DNA of 64,000 nucleotides from a virus (lineage: Duplodnaviria > Caudoviricetes). The notes beneath the pieces are model-generated. The model did no database searches. It was given only the letters and a program-made list of their open reading frames with translations, and was not told the DNA's origin. Positions within the stretch are counted from its first letter, which is position 1. The number at the start of each line of letters is the position of its first letter. Made by a program: the position numbers and the translations under genes. The stretch covers positions 132,982 to 196,981 of IMG/VR virus record IMGVR_UViG_2879905790_000001, one strand, 5' to 3'. Positions 20,304-31,752 of the stretch are shown here, in pieces.

Positions 20304-20415
20304 ATGTATCACTCCTTTAATTTTGTAATTATTATCTCTTGTTTTCTTCTATTTACTTCATTTTACTCTGTTTTACTCTGTTTTCCAAAGCAAAAGTTTT
20401 AATAAAATATGAGTT

Positions 20416-21693
20416 TTATATTAAGCTTTTTAAAATTATTTCTTGTTGGTCAAAACTTAATCCATCAAGAGTTTTACACTTAATAATAAATTTCTTACCT
20501 ATGTTTTCTTGCTTCTTATGAGCTAACAGAACTATGCTATTTGATGTCTTTTCTCTAATTTTAATTAACTCATCTATATTTTCGCCTACAATATCCCATT
20601 CAACATTTCCATCAATCTTATTACCTTGATTATCATATAATTCCACTGTCCATTTAGATAATTTCCCAATTTTCATAAAGGTATCTCCAATAATGTTACA
20701 AGTACCAGTATGGACACTTATATCTGTGATTTGTATTGGGATATTAATAACATATTTACCATAGCAAACCTGTATATTTGTATTACCTTTTTGTAGGCTT
20801 GTTATTAATCCATTTTCTACTTTTACAATTGAATTATCTTCAACTATATAAGAAATTTTATTTAGTTGTTCTTGTAGATTTATCTCTTTATTTCCTTGGA
20901 ATAATTTAGGATTTAATTGATAAGTTTTATTAACTTCTAGTTGAATAGTTTTATTATCTATTTGTAATCTTATAGGTTCTTCTTTTTTAAGATGAGAGTT
21001 ATCTGCTAAATTATTTTCAAAATCATCAAGATTGGCTTGTTTTTGTTCTCTAACCATATTAAGTTGTAGCAATCCATTGCTAGTACCTACTTGTTTAAAA
21101 GTGAAATCATCTATTAAAGAAACTGAAAAAACACTATTATGATTGAAAACAAATCTTTGCTGTAATTGTATTTTGTTTGTAAATTCGTTATATGGCACTA
21201 ATACGTTCCTTTGGTCATTACTTAATGTTATTTGTTTAACGTCTATCCCATCTGAATACAATGTTGCATTAGACAAGATACAAGGAATTTTATAAATATT
21301 TTTATTATATTGTAATGTTAATACATTATTACATGGTTTAATCAATAGAGTTTTATGTGAAGGTATCGTATTTTTTTCTTCAAAATATACAATATATAAT
21401 TGATTTTCCCATAAAATAATATCTCCTATATTAAGATTTTCATTGTATCTACAGCAGAGTATTTTACCATCAACATTCTGAGAATCATTAAAATGATGAT
21501 CTTGTATTGTGCATATAATATTTTCATTCAAAGAGACACTTAAATCTTTAAATTTCTCAACATTAAATTTATTGGGTGCATCACTTAAATAATAATTAAA
21601 ATTTTCTCTTTCTTGATGTATTAATTGTTCTTGGGAGGTTATACCTGATACTATTGATTTTCTTCTATACTTATTTAAATAAGAATAATCCAT
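20416..21693 (-). CDS. Head-tail joining protein with Ig-like domains
   Basis: LNIGDIILW pattern, C-terminal Big_2-like repeats, position. Confidence 0.6.
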   Translation of the reverse strand: MDYSYLNKYRRKSIVSGITSQEQLIHQERENFNYYLSDAPNKFNVEKFKDLSVSLNENIICTIQDHHFNDSQNVDGKILCCRYNENLNIGDIILWENQLYIVYFEEKNTIPSHKTLLIKPCNNVLTLQYNKNIYKIPCILSNATLYSDGIDVKQITLSNDQRNVLVPYNEFTNKIQLQQRFVFNHNSVFSVSLIDDFTFKQVGTSNGLLQLNMVREQKQANLDDFENNLADNSHLKKEEPIRLQIDNKTIQLEVNKTYQLNPKLFQGNKEINLQEQLNKISYIVEDNSIVKVENGLITSLQKGNTNIQVCYGKYVINIPIQITDISVHTGTCNIIGDTFMKIGKLSKWTVELYDNQGNKIDGNVEWDIVGENIDELIKIREKTSNSIVLLAHKKQENIGKKFIIKCKTLDGLSFDQQEIILKSLI

Positions 21694-21705
21694 TTTGAGA
21701 CCTCC

Positions 21706-22137
21706 CTATATATACTTCAAATCATTAAATGTATAACTAATAATATAGTTTTTCAAGTTTCTTCTAGTTTTTTCTTCTAAAGTATTTAATTTATCTAAGG
21801 TTTGCCAATTTGAACTTAGCTTAAAATCTCTATCACCCAAGGACTGTCTTATAAGTTGTAATCTTTGTACTTGTGGTTGTAACCAATGTAATACCATACC
21901 TAAACTAAGTATATATATTTCCTCTAAGTCTAACTCTATTTCAAATTGTTTCTTCTCTTTATTTAAGTTCTTTATTAAGTCCTTTTTACATTTTTTGAAA
22001 TCTACTATTGAGTTTTCTAAATAATTAAATAAAAAAGATTCTATGTCTTCATTTTCTAATTTTAATAGATCACTATCATCTACCTGTGCTAAAAATTTAT
22101 CATAAATTCTTTGAAATGAAGTAACCAAATTAGCCAC
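21706..22137 (-). CDS. Head-tail adaptor/connector
   Basis: TSF..IYDKFL, EEIYILSLGM..W pattern typical of SPbeta-like connectors. Confidence 0.65.
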   Translation of the reverse strand: MANLVTSFQRIYDKFLAQVDDSDLLKLENEDIESFLFNYLENSIVDFKKCKKDLIKNLNKEKKQFEIELDLEEIYILSLGMVLHWLQPQVQRLQLIRQSLGDRDFKLSSNWQTLDKLNTLEEKTRRNLKNYIISYTFNDLKYI

Positions 22138-22142
22138 CTCCT

Positions 22143-22685
22143 TTATTCAACTACACTTAAATCTAATTGCAGCTTTTCTTCTAATAAATCTATAATTCTA
22201 ATATCATATAGCTCCCTATTTTCAATCATTTTTCTAGCTTTTGAAGCCAAAATATTTCTTGCCCCCAAAGGAAGTTTTTCTAATTTCTCAGATATTTTGT
22301 CTAAAGGTTGTCTGAAAAATTCTTCTAAATTTTCTATTGGTACTATTGAATTATAAAGACTCTCTAATCCTAAATATTTTATTGCAGCAGGATTATCATC
22401 TATAACTAACCAAGGTTCAAATAGAAAAACAGGTTTAGATGCTTTCATACTCAATAATTCCCCATATTCAATATATTGTTCAGCACCGTAATCATCAAAA
22501 CGCCATGTTGCACCACTTCTTTCAGATATGTATGTTAATCCACCAATTACTACACTTCTACATACTATCATTTCATCTCTATTAGGTGGTTTTAATTCCT
22601 TTTTCTTTGTAGTTGTCTTTTCTTCTTTGACATCCATATTTTCTACTTTTGTGTCTGTATCTTTAACTTCTTTTTTTGTTGCCAT
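22143..22685 (-). CDS. Conserved phage protein downstream of the capsid gene
   Basis: ORF with RBS in the head module. Confidence 0.65.
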   Translation of the reverse strand: MATKKEVKDTDTKVENMDVKEEKTTTKKKELKPPNRDEMIVCRSVVIGGLTYISERSGATWRFDDYGAEQYIEYGELLSMKASKPVFLFEPWLVIDDNPAAIKYLGLESLYNSIVPIENLEEFFRQPLDKISEKLEKLPLGARNILASKARKMIENRELYDIRIIDLLEEKLQLDLSVVE

Positions 22686-22759
22686 TTAAAAATTTCTCCT
22701 TTCAAAAATATTGAAATAAAAAGGCTAGGAATAAATCTAGCCTTTTAAATTATTTTATA

Positions 22760-23755
22760 TTATGCTATTTCAAAAGCACCGTACATAGCATTAAATACTA
22801 CACCAACTCCAAATTTCTTTTGGAAAGCATATTCCATAGACATATCCATATTAGTTGTTCCATCACTAACTTCTTTTATTATAGTTTGTCCTTCATTAAC
22901 TAATTTTACTGGTTTTATGTTATTTGGTATTATTAATAACTTCTTATCATTTAATAAGAAATCAAATGTATTTGCTTTATGTACCTGACTTATAGGCATA
23001 CATTCTATACCATTCCAATGTGAAATTATACCTTTTAGATTTTTAGCTTCTTTCATTCCTTCTGAAATCCATTCACTACTAACTGCTCCTGTCATTTTAT
23101 TTAAAGCAGTTCTTGTTCCAACGATGGTTATAGGAGCATTACCGCACGCAGTAGAAACATGTTCACATATTTCTAACATTCTACTTTCAGTAAAAGAACC
23201 TTTTTCTCTAAATGCAGATGGCAAATAAGATGAAGCGTTCATAAATGAAGTATATATTTCACCATTAATAAAATCATCATAAGATTTTTTTACCTTATTA
23301 ATAAAAGCTACCCAATCTATTCTACCAGATAAAAATCTTGCAAAATCTGTATATATTTTTGCACCATAAAATTTAGTTGGGACATTGAAGCTTTCACCAA
23401 CATTTAATTTTTGTCTTCTTATATCCCAGTGATTTCCACTGAATCTACTTATAGTTAATAAACTTCTATCTTCAACATAAAATTCGTTTTTATCTCCAAA
23501 ATCTAAATCTTTTCTTTCAACAAATCTTTCAAAGAACATATTTTGTCCCCAACCTTCTACTATAAGTTGGTCTATTGTTTCTTCTATAACCTCAAATATT
23601 TCATTTTGATGTCTTCTAAATGTTTTATAATCTATTTTATCTGTACCTACCATATCAACAAAAGCTTTTCTTATTACCTCACTTGAATCTTTTGCTGAAA
23701 AATTTGGAACTTGTCCTCTATAAGTATCTAAACATAATTTTGCTAACTCTTTCAT
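22760..23755 (-). CDS. Major capsid protein (SPbeta YonB-like)
   Basis: 331 aa, strong RBS, IFEVIEETID and GDKNEFYVED motifs. Follows the protease and decoration genes. Confidence 0.8.
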   Translation of the reverse strand: MKELAKLCLDTYRGQVPNFSAKDSSEVIRKAFVDMVGTDKIDYKTFRRHQNEIFEVIEETIDQLIVEGWGQNMFFERFVERKDLDFGDKNEFYVEDRSLLTISRFSGNHWDIRRQKLNVGESFNVPTKFYGAKIYTDFARFLSGRIDWVAFINKVKKSYDDFINGEIYTSFMNASSYLPSAFREKGSFTESRMLEICEHVSTACGNAPITIVGTRTALNKMTGAVSSEWISEGMKEAKNLKGIISHWNGIECMPISQVHKANTFDFLLNDKKLLIIPNNIKPVKLVNEGQTIIKEVSDGTTNMDMSMEYAFQKKFGVGVVFNAMYGAFEIA

Positions 23756-23804
23756 ATTTATTTTCCTCCTTAAATTCTGTAAATTATTTTAAAATTATTT
23801 TTCT

Positions 23805-24353
23805 TTAAGCTTTTTTAACTTGTACTGGTATAAATCTAGTCATTCTTCCTATATGTCCTGGCATACCAATTACAGTTGTTGTTCCTATTGTTTCTAACGG
23901 TAATATTTTTGCTACAAAAACTTCTGTTCCATCTAAAGTTTCAACTTCTTTTAATTTAAATGAACCATCTTGGGCAACAACATAATTACCTTTCTTTGCC
24001 CCATTTGATTTATCAATAACATCAACCATATCATCACTTACAGAAAATATATCTGTTTCACTTAATTCATGGGCTTTACAAGCTTCATTTGCTGGTATTG
24101 AATAATTCTCTAAAGCATAATCACTCATTGTTCTTTCTTCATAATTTATTTCTGGATTAGCTATAAGAACTACCTTATCTTTTTTAATACTCTCAGTTGT
24201 AGGTTTTACAAAAGAATATACTTCTCTTTCTCCATCTATTAAATCACCTAAATGTCCTACGAATCCATTTTGTAATTCTTCATTTGCTTGAACAGAGTAC
24301 ACATGACCTACATAACAACTTTTAACTTTATCTAATCTAACTATACCTTTCAT
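23805..24353 (-). CDS. Capsid decoration protein
   Basis: LQNGFVGHLG motif. Lies between protease and capsid. Confidence 0.65.
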   Translation of the reverse strand: MKGIVRLDKVKSCYVGHVYSVQANEELQNGFVGHLGDLIDGEREVYSFVKPTTESIKKDKVVLIANPEINYEERTMSDYALENYSIPANEACKAHELSETDIFSVSDDMVDVIDKSNGAKKGNYVVAQDGSFKLKEVETLDGTEVFVAKILPLETIGTTTVIGMPGHIGRMTRFIPVQVKKA

Positions 24354-24402
24354 ATTTGTTTTCCTCCTTAATTTTTATAAATTGTTTTATATAAATATTT
24401 TT

Positions 24403-25611
24403 TTAGTTATTAATATATTTACTTAATAAACCACCATAGCCGTCATCTTTTTCTTCTGGTTTCTCAATTTGGAATTTAACAGTTTCTTTTTCTGCTTCTG
24501 CTTCTGCTTTTGCTTTTTGGGAAAAAGTCTTTTGGTTTTTAACATATAATAACGCTAATTCTTTTTCTAATTCCTCTAATTTCTGAAATTTATCAGAAGT
24601 ATTTTTTAACTCATTAAACTCTTTAATATCTTTTAATTCTTCATATTGTGAAAATAGTTCATTCTCTGCTTGTTTTCTATCTTCTTTTAATCTTGAAGAT
24701 TTAAATTCAGATAACTCTTTATTTTCTTTTTCTAAATTAGAGTATTTTTGTTTTAAATCCTTTAACTCTTCTGATAAAGAATTTATTTTTTTTGAATACT
24801 CCTCAATATTGATTTCTTCCTTTTCTTCTACAACATCAATTTCATCAGGCTTATTTATTTCTTTTTCATCAGTAACTTCATTTTTAGTTTCTATTATTTC
24901 TTCTTCAACTACCTTTTCTTTTTCCTTATCCATTTTATCTTCCTCACTTTCTTTCATATATTCTTTAAACATTTCCAACTTAGCTTGGATTTCTTTTGCA
25001 AAATTTTTATATGAAAACTCTTGCAACTCAACTGATGCTGAACGCATCGCAGGTTGTACATCTTTTCCTAATATACAAGCACCAAAAAATTTGAATTTTG
25101 TAAAATGAAACAATCCATCTTCACCGAAAACGCCATCATAGCTTTCATGTAACTCCATTGATTGTTGTTTTTTCACATCTCTATTCATAATGTCCTGTAT
25201 ATCATTCCATTTATTCCATATAAGCCCTTCACAAGTTAAAAAAGTTCTTTCTATACCATCATCACAAACTCTATTTTCAAATCTAGCATTATTTGTTTCA
25301 GGAATGACACCTACTGCCTGTCCTAAATATTTAATTTTGTATTCCCCATTTTCTACTGCTAACACTTCCCTATGGTCAGAGCAATCTTTTTCTCCATCAC
25401 TATTGTCTTCTATATATGTTAATATAGGAGTATTAGCTAATGATGGAATAGCTTTTTCAGTAGCTTCTTCATCAAAATAACTTCCATTTAAGTTTTCACC
25501 TAAATGCATAAGCCAAATCTTAGTTTTCGTAAATCTGGTATCTTTGATATCAAATTCTTTTAAATTTTGAAACATAATTGGAATGTTTTTACTGATTCCT
25601 TTTTTATCCAT
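24403..25611 (-). CDS. Prohead protease/scaffold
   Basis: HLGENLNGS, QSMEL, GACILG..V.PAM motifs plus a coiled-coil C-terminus. Confidence 0.8.
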   Translation of the reverse strand: MDKKGISKNIPIMFQNLKEFDIKDTRFTKTKIWLMHLGENLNGSYFDEEATEKAIPSLANTPILTYIEDNSDGEKDCSDHREVLAVENGEYKIKYLGQAVGVIPETNNARFENRVCDDGIERTFLTCEGLIWNKWNDIQDIMNRDVKKQQSMELHESYDGVFGEDGLFHFTKFKFFGACILGKDVQPAMRSASVELQEFSYKNFAKEIQAKLEMFKEYMKESEEDKMDKEKEKVVEEEIIETKNEVTDEKEINKPDEIDVVEEKEEINIEEYSKKINSLSEELKDLKQKYSNLEKENKELSEFKSSRLKEDRKQAENELFSQYEELKDIKEFNELKNTSDKFQKLEELEKELALLYVKNQKTFSQKAKAEAEAEKETVKFQIEKPEEKDDGYGGLLSKYINN

Positions 25612-25633
25612 TTACCCACCTCCCTTCAAAATA

Positions 25634-27139
25634 TTATTTTATTCTATCATTATTAGAATCATTCTCTCTAGTTTGTTCACCAGTTTCCTGCAAATCTTCT
25701 ATGTTTGTTTGTGGTTTACCAACTTTTTTGTCTCCATTAGTAGGTTCGTTAGTTTGAGTATGACTACTATTAAGTGGCAACCAATTCTCATGTAGTTTTA
25801 ATACATCATTTTCTAACCATGTATTTATTTGCATATCTATAGGAGAAAGCCCTACTAATGAACATAAATTTGTTTTCACAGGTATTCCATATTGTGCTAA
25901 CTTAAAATATTTATCTATCATCTTTTGTTGATTATTAATAGTAACATCTAAGAAACTAAATTTATACATAAATTGAGTTTTAGCAAATTTAATTTTCCTA
26001 TTTACCCATCTAGCTCCTTGTTTTAATACTTTAAACACAATAGACTCATCTGTCTTTATTGATAAATCCACTACTGAGCCACTATTACCTTTTGAATTAA
26101 ATAAATTTCCATTTACTCCAGCACTAGACCAAAATAAATCTTCAGCTTCAATAACTCTATCATTATTAAGAGCATCTCTTTCAAATTTGATAGAGTCGAT
26201 CTTCATAGGAGTTAATATAGCACCTATTTGGTCGGGCAACATATTTAAAGCTTGGGCATAAAATTCTTTAGCTGTAGTAAAATCTAGCATAGGGGCATCA
26301 GGTTCTTTATCACTCATTGGAATATTCATTGATAATAATTGATAATTTCCTATCTCTTCTTTTGCTTTTTTAAGCAGTTTATAATCATTAATATCATATA
26401 AGGCTTCAAATACATTTGCAAAAGGAGGTATTGGATATTCTATTTCTTCATTTATTTTAATACAAATAGTTTTTTTACTATTTAATTCTTGATATCTGTT
26501 ATTCTTCCTATCTTTTAAATACTTATTATATTTTATTTCAAACTCTTTTCCATATTCTTTTAATTTTTCTTCTCTATTATCAAAAAATGCAAAGTCAAAT
26601 TGATAATTATAAACACCATCTTCTATTGAACTTATAGAACAATAATCTGGGTCTATATTTTTAATAAAATATGAAGCTTCTGTTTCATATTCGTACCCAT
26701 AAAAAACATCCTCTTTAAATGCTATAGTTAATATCTTAGAAAATTCATGAGAAAGATTCATTTTATCAATTTTACTACATATCGTATAATATTCTTTTAA
26801 GAACTTTTTTTTATTAATTTTTGAAATATCTATTATTCCTGTAGGTTTAAAATCATAATAAAATAAAGACATATTAGCGAAATAGTTAATAAGTCTTTTA
26901 TAATGAGCTGAATTAACATATAGAAATCTTGATATTTCTCTTAATTCTTTTTCATATTTTTGAGGATTTTGCAAATAATCTATTACATCTTGTTTTTTAT
27001 ATTTTTTAAAAAAACTATTTTTTTTATTATTCTTATTTAAATCATTTACTACTAAAGAAGCTAAACTAGTAAAAAACATTTGCATTTTTTGTTTCTCTTT
27101 TTCTTCTTCTGAGACTTCTGTTACTTTTATTTCAGGCAA
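25634..27139 (-). CDS. Portal protein
   Basis: 501 aa directly after terminase. PL.SSHTQ motif near the C-terminus. Confidence 0.8.
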   Translation of the reverse strand: MPEIKVTEVSEEEKEKQKMQMFFTSLASLVVNDLNKNNKKNSFFKKYKKQDVIDYLQNPQKYEKELREISRFLYVNSAHYKRLINYFANMSLFYYDFKPTGIIDISKINKKKFLKEYYTICSKIDKMNLSHEFSKILTIAFKEDVFYGYEYETEASYFIKNIDPDYCSISSIEDGVYNYQFDFAFFDNREEKLKEYGKEFEIKYNKYLKDRKNNRYQELNSKKTICIKINEEIEYPIPPFANVFEALYDINDYKLLKKAKEEIGNYQLLSMNIPMSDKEPDAPMLDFTTAKEFYAQALNMLPDQIGAILTPMKIDSIKFERDALNNDRVIEAEDLFWSSAGVNGNLFNSKGNSGSVVDLSIKTDESIVFKVLKQGARWVNRKIKFAKTQFMYKFSFLDVTINNQQKMIDKYFKLAQYGIPVKTNLCSLVGLSPIDMQINTWLENDVLKLHENWLPLNSSHTQTNEPTNGDKKVGKPQTNIEDLQETGEQTRENDSNNDRIK

Positions 27140-27183
27140 AATTTCACCTTCTTTCTTTTAATAATTATGAAATTATTTTATAT

Positions 27184-28983
27184 TTAAATTTTTCTTATAT
27201 TTGGTGCTTTAAAACCAAATAATTGTAATATGTTCAATTTTAATTTATTAGGTTTTTGTAAATCTCTTTCTTTTTCAGTTATATAATAATTTCCATATGC
27301 AACTGATATATATCTATCTTTTGTTCCACTTCTAGGTTCTACTAGTTTAATTTTGTTGTCTCCTGTTAATTCATAAGATAAATTTATCATTTCATTAATT
27401 AATAAATCAGTTTGCAAATTAGGCATTTCAAAATTAGCTTGTTCTTCTGGATTCGCATTATTATATTCTTTTTTCTTTGACAAATAATCCTTTGCCTCTA
27501 TTGAATTTACTAGAAATTTAATTTTCCCTTTTTCTAAAGCGTTTTTCATAAAAGTATGTATTTGATGGTTTAAAGTAGCATTTGCTTTTATACTATATAT
27601 TACAGGTAAAGCTTGTTTATTTTTTATTCTTTCTGCAACATTTTCATCATTAAAACAAGTCCATGCTGGATATTCATAGTCTCTTTTTTCATCATATAAC
27701 ACTTTTCCTAACTCATCACTTATTCCAAGCCCTGCATTTTGGGTATCTAAACAGATTACATCTGCATTAAAGTCTGTAAAAATTTGTTTTATTCTAATAG
27801 CTTGTTCTGTTGTATTTCCACCGTTAAAAGCTTCGATATAAACAGTTTGCCTTTCATAAGAATCCTTTACAGGTAAAGCCCTTATACAAGAAATTGCGGT
27901 ATTATCATTTCCTTTCCTTTTAACCATAGCTATATCGACAGAAACAACTCTTAATTCCCCATCCTGTTTTGGTATATCAAATTTATTTTTTTTCTTTTCT
28001 ATAAAATCTATATGTTTTCTTGGATAAAAAGCTTTTTTAATTTGTTGTTGTTTGCTTAATAAATTAAATTCATAATAAGCATTCTCAGCTCCACCAACCA
28101 TAAGATTTTGATACTCCATAGCAAAAGACATATTATCTAGTTTTTTCTTTTCTTTAATTAATTGTTTTTTAGTTCTTATACCATGTTTTAATGTTATAGC
28201 ATAATCAAAACCTATCAACAATGAATCTTCTGTTTTATACATCATATTAATAGCCATTTTCATGTGTTCCCACATCCAATGTGATTTATGCCATGCGGAA
28301 GATATATATATTTCCATAGGCTCTTCTTTTAAATGCTCGTACTCTTTCTTTTTCAAGTATGGTGCTGGTCTAACAATCAAAAATGGAGAAAGTACGGAAT
28401 CTATAATTTCCTTTTTAATCATACGAAATTCTTCATAAATTATAACTGTCGCCCTAAGTCCTCTAGCATTATCTGAGGCTGGACACACTGTAATGGTTGA
28501 CCCATTATGAAATATAACTTCCGTTTGATTGGAACTTGTTCTTACATCCTTTATTTCTCTAGCCAAATTTGGACTATTAGGTATTAATTCTTTTTGTATT
28601 TTTTCAGTTACTATTAAAGAAGCCTGACCTTTTGTAGCTGATGCAATCACAATTTTGCTATTTGGGAAAAGTATGCATCTAGCACAAGCAAAGATAGCTA
28701 TTATAAATGATTTAGCCGCAGCACGGCAAGCTACTACTACAATTAAAGGATATAAATTCATCAGATAAATTAATAATTTTTGATACAAATGTAATTCTAA
28801 TTGCAAATAATGTTCTACAAATCTATGTAAATTACGTCTATAGAATGTAACCCAATCTATCAGTTTTTCTTCAAATTCTTCTTTTTTACTTACCTTCTTA
28901 ACGTGATTTTTAGGCTTTTTGGCTAGATTTTTAACATTCATATTCTTTTTTCTTTCATTTTGATAATTTTTGTAAGAAGCCAT
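27184..28983 (-). CDS. terL: Terminase large subunit
   Basis: Walker A ACRAAAKS, Walker B IIYEE, YISSA, nuclease VSVDIA and KDRY. Confidence 0.92.
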   Translation of the reverse strand: MASYKNYQNERKKNMNVKNLAKKPKNHVKKVSKKEEFEEKLIDWVTFYRRNLHRFVEHYLQLELHLYQKLLIYLMNLYPLIVVVACRAAAKSFIIAIFACARCILFPNSKIVIASATKGQASLIVTEKIQKELIPNSPNLAREIKDVRTSSNQTEVIFHNGSTITVCPASDNARGLRATVIIYEEFRMIKKEIIDSVLSPFLIVRPAPYLKKKEYEHLKEEPMEIYISSAWHKSHWMWEHMKMAINMMYKTEDSLLIGFDYAITLKHGIRTKKQLIKEKKKLDNMSFAMEYQNLMVGGAENAYYEFNLLSKQQQIKKAFYPRKHIDFIEKKKNKFDIPKQDGELRVVSVDIAMVKRKGNDNTAISCIRALPVKDSYERQTVYIEAFNGGNTTEQAIRIKQIFTDFNADVICLDTQNAGLGISDELGKVLYDEKRDYEYPAWTCFNDENVAERIKNKQALPVIYSIKANATLNHQIHTFMKNALEKGKIKFLVNSIEAKDYLSKKKEYNNANPEEQANFEMPNLQTDLLINEMINLSYELTGDNKIKLVEPRSGTKDRYISVAYGNYYITEKERDLQKPNKLKLNILQLFGFKAPNIRKI

Positions 28984-29906
28984 TATTCATCACCAGTTTC
29001 TTCATCTTCAATGTTATCATCTTCAACATTAAAGTCTTTATCAAAATCTCTTGAACCTGTTAATAAATTCTTTAAAGGTCTATATATCATTCTCTTTAAA
29101 TATTCTAAAAATTCATCAAAGTCTACATATATTTTTTTATCTTCAAAGTATTCCGCAGGCTTATATTTTTCTATATCTCTTATCCATAAACCTAATGCAC
29201 TCATATTTTCAGGATCATTTGCAGCATTAGCATCTTTAGGAGTTAGCCCACCATCAGATAACAATTTTCTATACGTCTCCTCTAGCTTGTCTACATTTTC
29301 TCCTTTTTCTCTTGACTTCATAATTTCTAGTTCTTTTAGACATAAAAATTTATATGTTTTTTCTTCTGCTAATGTATCGCATTTATATCTGGTAGTCCAT
29401 TCCGTAAAAGCATTATCCAAGAATTCATAATCTTCAGGTGTGTAATCTTTTCCCCTACCCCAAAAACGTATCATTTCTTTTGTCACTTTAAAGTCTGATT
29501 CAACCATAACTTCAGGTATGACTTTTTGCTTTTTTAAATTCTTCTTTTCAATTTTTAATTTCTCCTCTGTTTCTCCATCTTTCCATTCAGCATTTTTTGC
29601 TACTCCTCTATTTAAATTTAATCTTGTAATATAATCACCTAATGGATTTGTAGGTTTCTTCCCTAATACTTTTAAAAAAATATCATTGAAAAATGGCTTA
29701 TTTAAGTAATTTTTTAAAACATCTTTTAATGCAGTAGCATCTATATCACCATTTACATCACAAGCTAATTTTTGCAAACACTTTTTGCAAATTGGACAAA
29801 TTCCATTATATAGTTTTTCATACTGTGGCAAATTACTTGAATAAAACTTAGCTTTAACCATTTCACCTTCACAAATTTTACATTTTATTTTGGATTTATT
29901 AGCCAT
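28983..29906 (-). CDS. Putative terminase small subunit (Zn finger)
   Basis: CxxC...CxxC N-terminus. Translationally coupled to terL. Confidence 0.6.
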   Translation of the reverse strand: MANKSKIKCKICEGEMVKAKFYSSNLPQYEKLYNGICPICKKCLQKLACDVNGDIDATALKDVLKNYLNKPFFNDIFLKVLGKKPTNPLGDYITRLNLNRGVAKNAEWKDGETEEKLKIEKKNLKKQKVIPEVMVESDFKVTKEMIRFWGRGKDYTPEDYEFLDNAFTEWTTRYKCDTLAEEKTYKFLCLKELEIMKSREKGENVDKLEETYRKLLSDGGLTPKDANAANDPENMSALGLWIRDIEKYKPAEYFEDKKIYVDFDEFLEYLKRMIYRPLKNLLTGSRDFDKDFNVEDDNIEDEETGDE

Positions 29907-30037
29907 TTCTCTTTCACTTCCTTTCTCTCTGTTTTATGTAATACAAAAAGAAGTCACATAGTAGTAACTTCTCTAAAATTATTCTATATTAAATTAATTC
30001 TCATTTGAACACACCACATAGATGTGTTCTATCAAAA

Positions 30038-30856
30038 TTAGTTTTCTTTTTTTAATTCATATTTAATTTTTAAAATCATATCTAATAGTTTTTCTCTAGT
30101 CATTACAGTATTATTACTATTGGGTATTTTACTAAATTCATTTTGCAGATCATTTAAACTTTCTTTTAGAAACATATAGTTATTTATATCACCAATTTCA
30201 GGAATTGAATATATCTCAAACTCATCATAATAATTAATAAAATCATCTATTTTTAATTTTTTTAACCAATCACAATTTGCACTTTTATTAAATTGTTTAA
30301 AATCTTCTTTTGTAGTTTCATGGATACTAACATTTGTAGGAAACATTTTTCTTGTTAAAGTTTTATATCCATTGTTAAAACTATTAAATGATATAATCTG
30401 ATTTGCACTAATATTTGGTATATTATAAGGTAAACTTTCATCAAATATTATTAAATCAAAATGAGGCTTTAAACTCCTTGCTTCTTCATTTTTGTACCAA
30501 TATATTTCAGAAATATTTCTGTCTTCATATTCTACACTTAATGATGTGTAATATCTATCATTTGTTTTGTTTGTCTTAATATTTTTTATGTTTGAATTGT
30601 TTGATAACTTTTTAATTTCATCTATTTTTGAACAAAAGTATACAAAAAAACTATTTATAGGAGCTACATATAAAACTCTCTTTGGTCTGCTTCTTAAAAC
30701 TTTACACATAGCTGTAAATGTTTTTCCTAAACCTCTTGACCAATTTACTATCATCGTAGAATTTTTATCTTCTACTACTTTTCTTTGATAATCATAAAGA
30801 AAAGTAAACTCATCATTGTAAAATTTACTTTCATTAAAATTGCTTGTCTCTAACAT
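30038..30856 (-). CDS. Terminase-like ATPase domain-only protein
   Basis: YDYQ, WSRGLGKT (Walker A), VLYVAP, DLIIFDE (Walker B). No nuclease domain. Confidence 0.6.
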   Translation of the reverse strand: MLETSNFNESKFYNDEFTFLYDYQRKVVEDKNSTMIVNWSRGLGKTFTAMCKVLRSRPKRVLYVAPINSFFVYFCSKIDEIKKLSNNSNIKNIKTNKTNDRYYTSLSVEYEDRNISEIYWYKNEEARSLKPHFDLIIFDESLPYNIPNISANQIISFNSFNNGYKTLTRKMFPTNVSIHETTKEDFKQFNKSANCDWLKKLKIDDFINYYDEFEIYSIPEIGDINNYMFLKESLNDLQNEFSKIPNSNNTVMTREKLLDMILKIKYELKKEN

Positions 30857-31033
30857 AATACCACTCTCACTCTCTTATTTTATAAATAATAAAAACACAC
30901 CAATACTGCTGTGCTTTATAATACTTACAAAAACATTCAATAATAAATAAAGCCACCATCATTTAGACAGTAGCTTTGTTTATTAAATTGTTATTAATTA
31001 ACTTTTAATAAAATTCCTATTTTAACAAATTAT

Positions 31034-31702
31034 TTATATGTATGCTTTGCCTGTATAAGAAACAATTCCACCTTCTGCCTTTTTCTCTACTCCAAATTCT
31101 TCTAAAACCTTACCTGCAAATTCAGTTAAAGCATATCCCAAAATTTCTTCTTTACATTCATTATCTAATATTAAACTAACATAATCATCTATTAAGTCTG
31201 CTAATTGAAAATATAATAATTTGCCATCATATGGCTTGTTATCTATTATAGAATTACCGCCAAATATAGCATCTAAATCTATTTCATCATCTTCAGTAGT
31301 TACCCATTTGCTACAGCATTCACAACAATTTTTACAATCACATTCTTCATCATAATCTATAATCTCAACTTTAAAATTATTACCTTCTAAATAATTAAAT
31401 AAGGTTGGATTGTCCTCTAAAATATTATTATCTATAATGAAATAATCACTACTTGTCATTTTTATCTTATTATCAACTTTTAATGGCTCTACACAAAAAC
31501 ATTCCTCTCCAAATTTAATGACATAATATTCATTCATATCGGATTGTAAGTCAATTCCTTTATAGTCTGTGTAATCCATATTACCAAACTCACACATTAA
31601 TAAATCTGCTAATTCATAATTACAAACTGCTTGTATCTCATCCTCTTCATAAAATTTATTTATCACATATTCTATAAAATCATCATAATCATTCAATCTC
31701 AT
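31034..31702 (-). CDS. Acidic Cys-rich hypothetical protein
   Basis: CDCKNCCECC cluster. RBS present. Confidence 0.7.
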   Translation of the reverse strand: MRLNDYDDFIEYVINKFYEEDEIQAVCNYELADLLMCEFGNMDYTDYKGIDLQSDMNEYYVIKFGEECFCVEPLKVDNKIKMTSSDYFIIDNNILEDNPTLFNYLEGNNFKVEIIDYDEECDCKNCCECCSKWVTTEDDEIDLDAIFGGNSIIDNKPYDGKLLYFQLADLIDDYVSLILDNECKEEILGYALTEFAGKVLEEFGVEKKAEGGIVSYTGKAYI

Positions 31703-31752
31703 ATTAAAAACCCCTTTATTTTTGTATTTTTATTAAATTGTTTTACTTTAAA

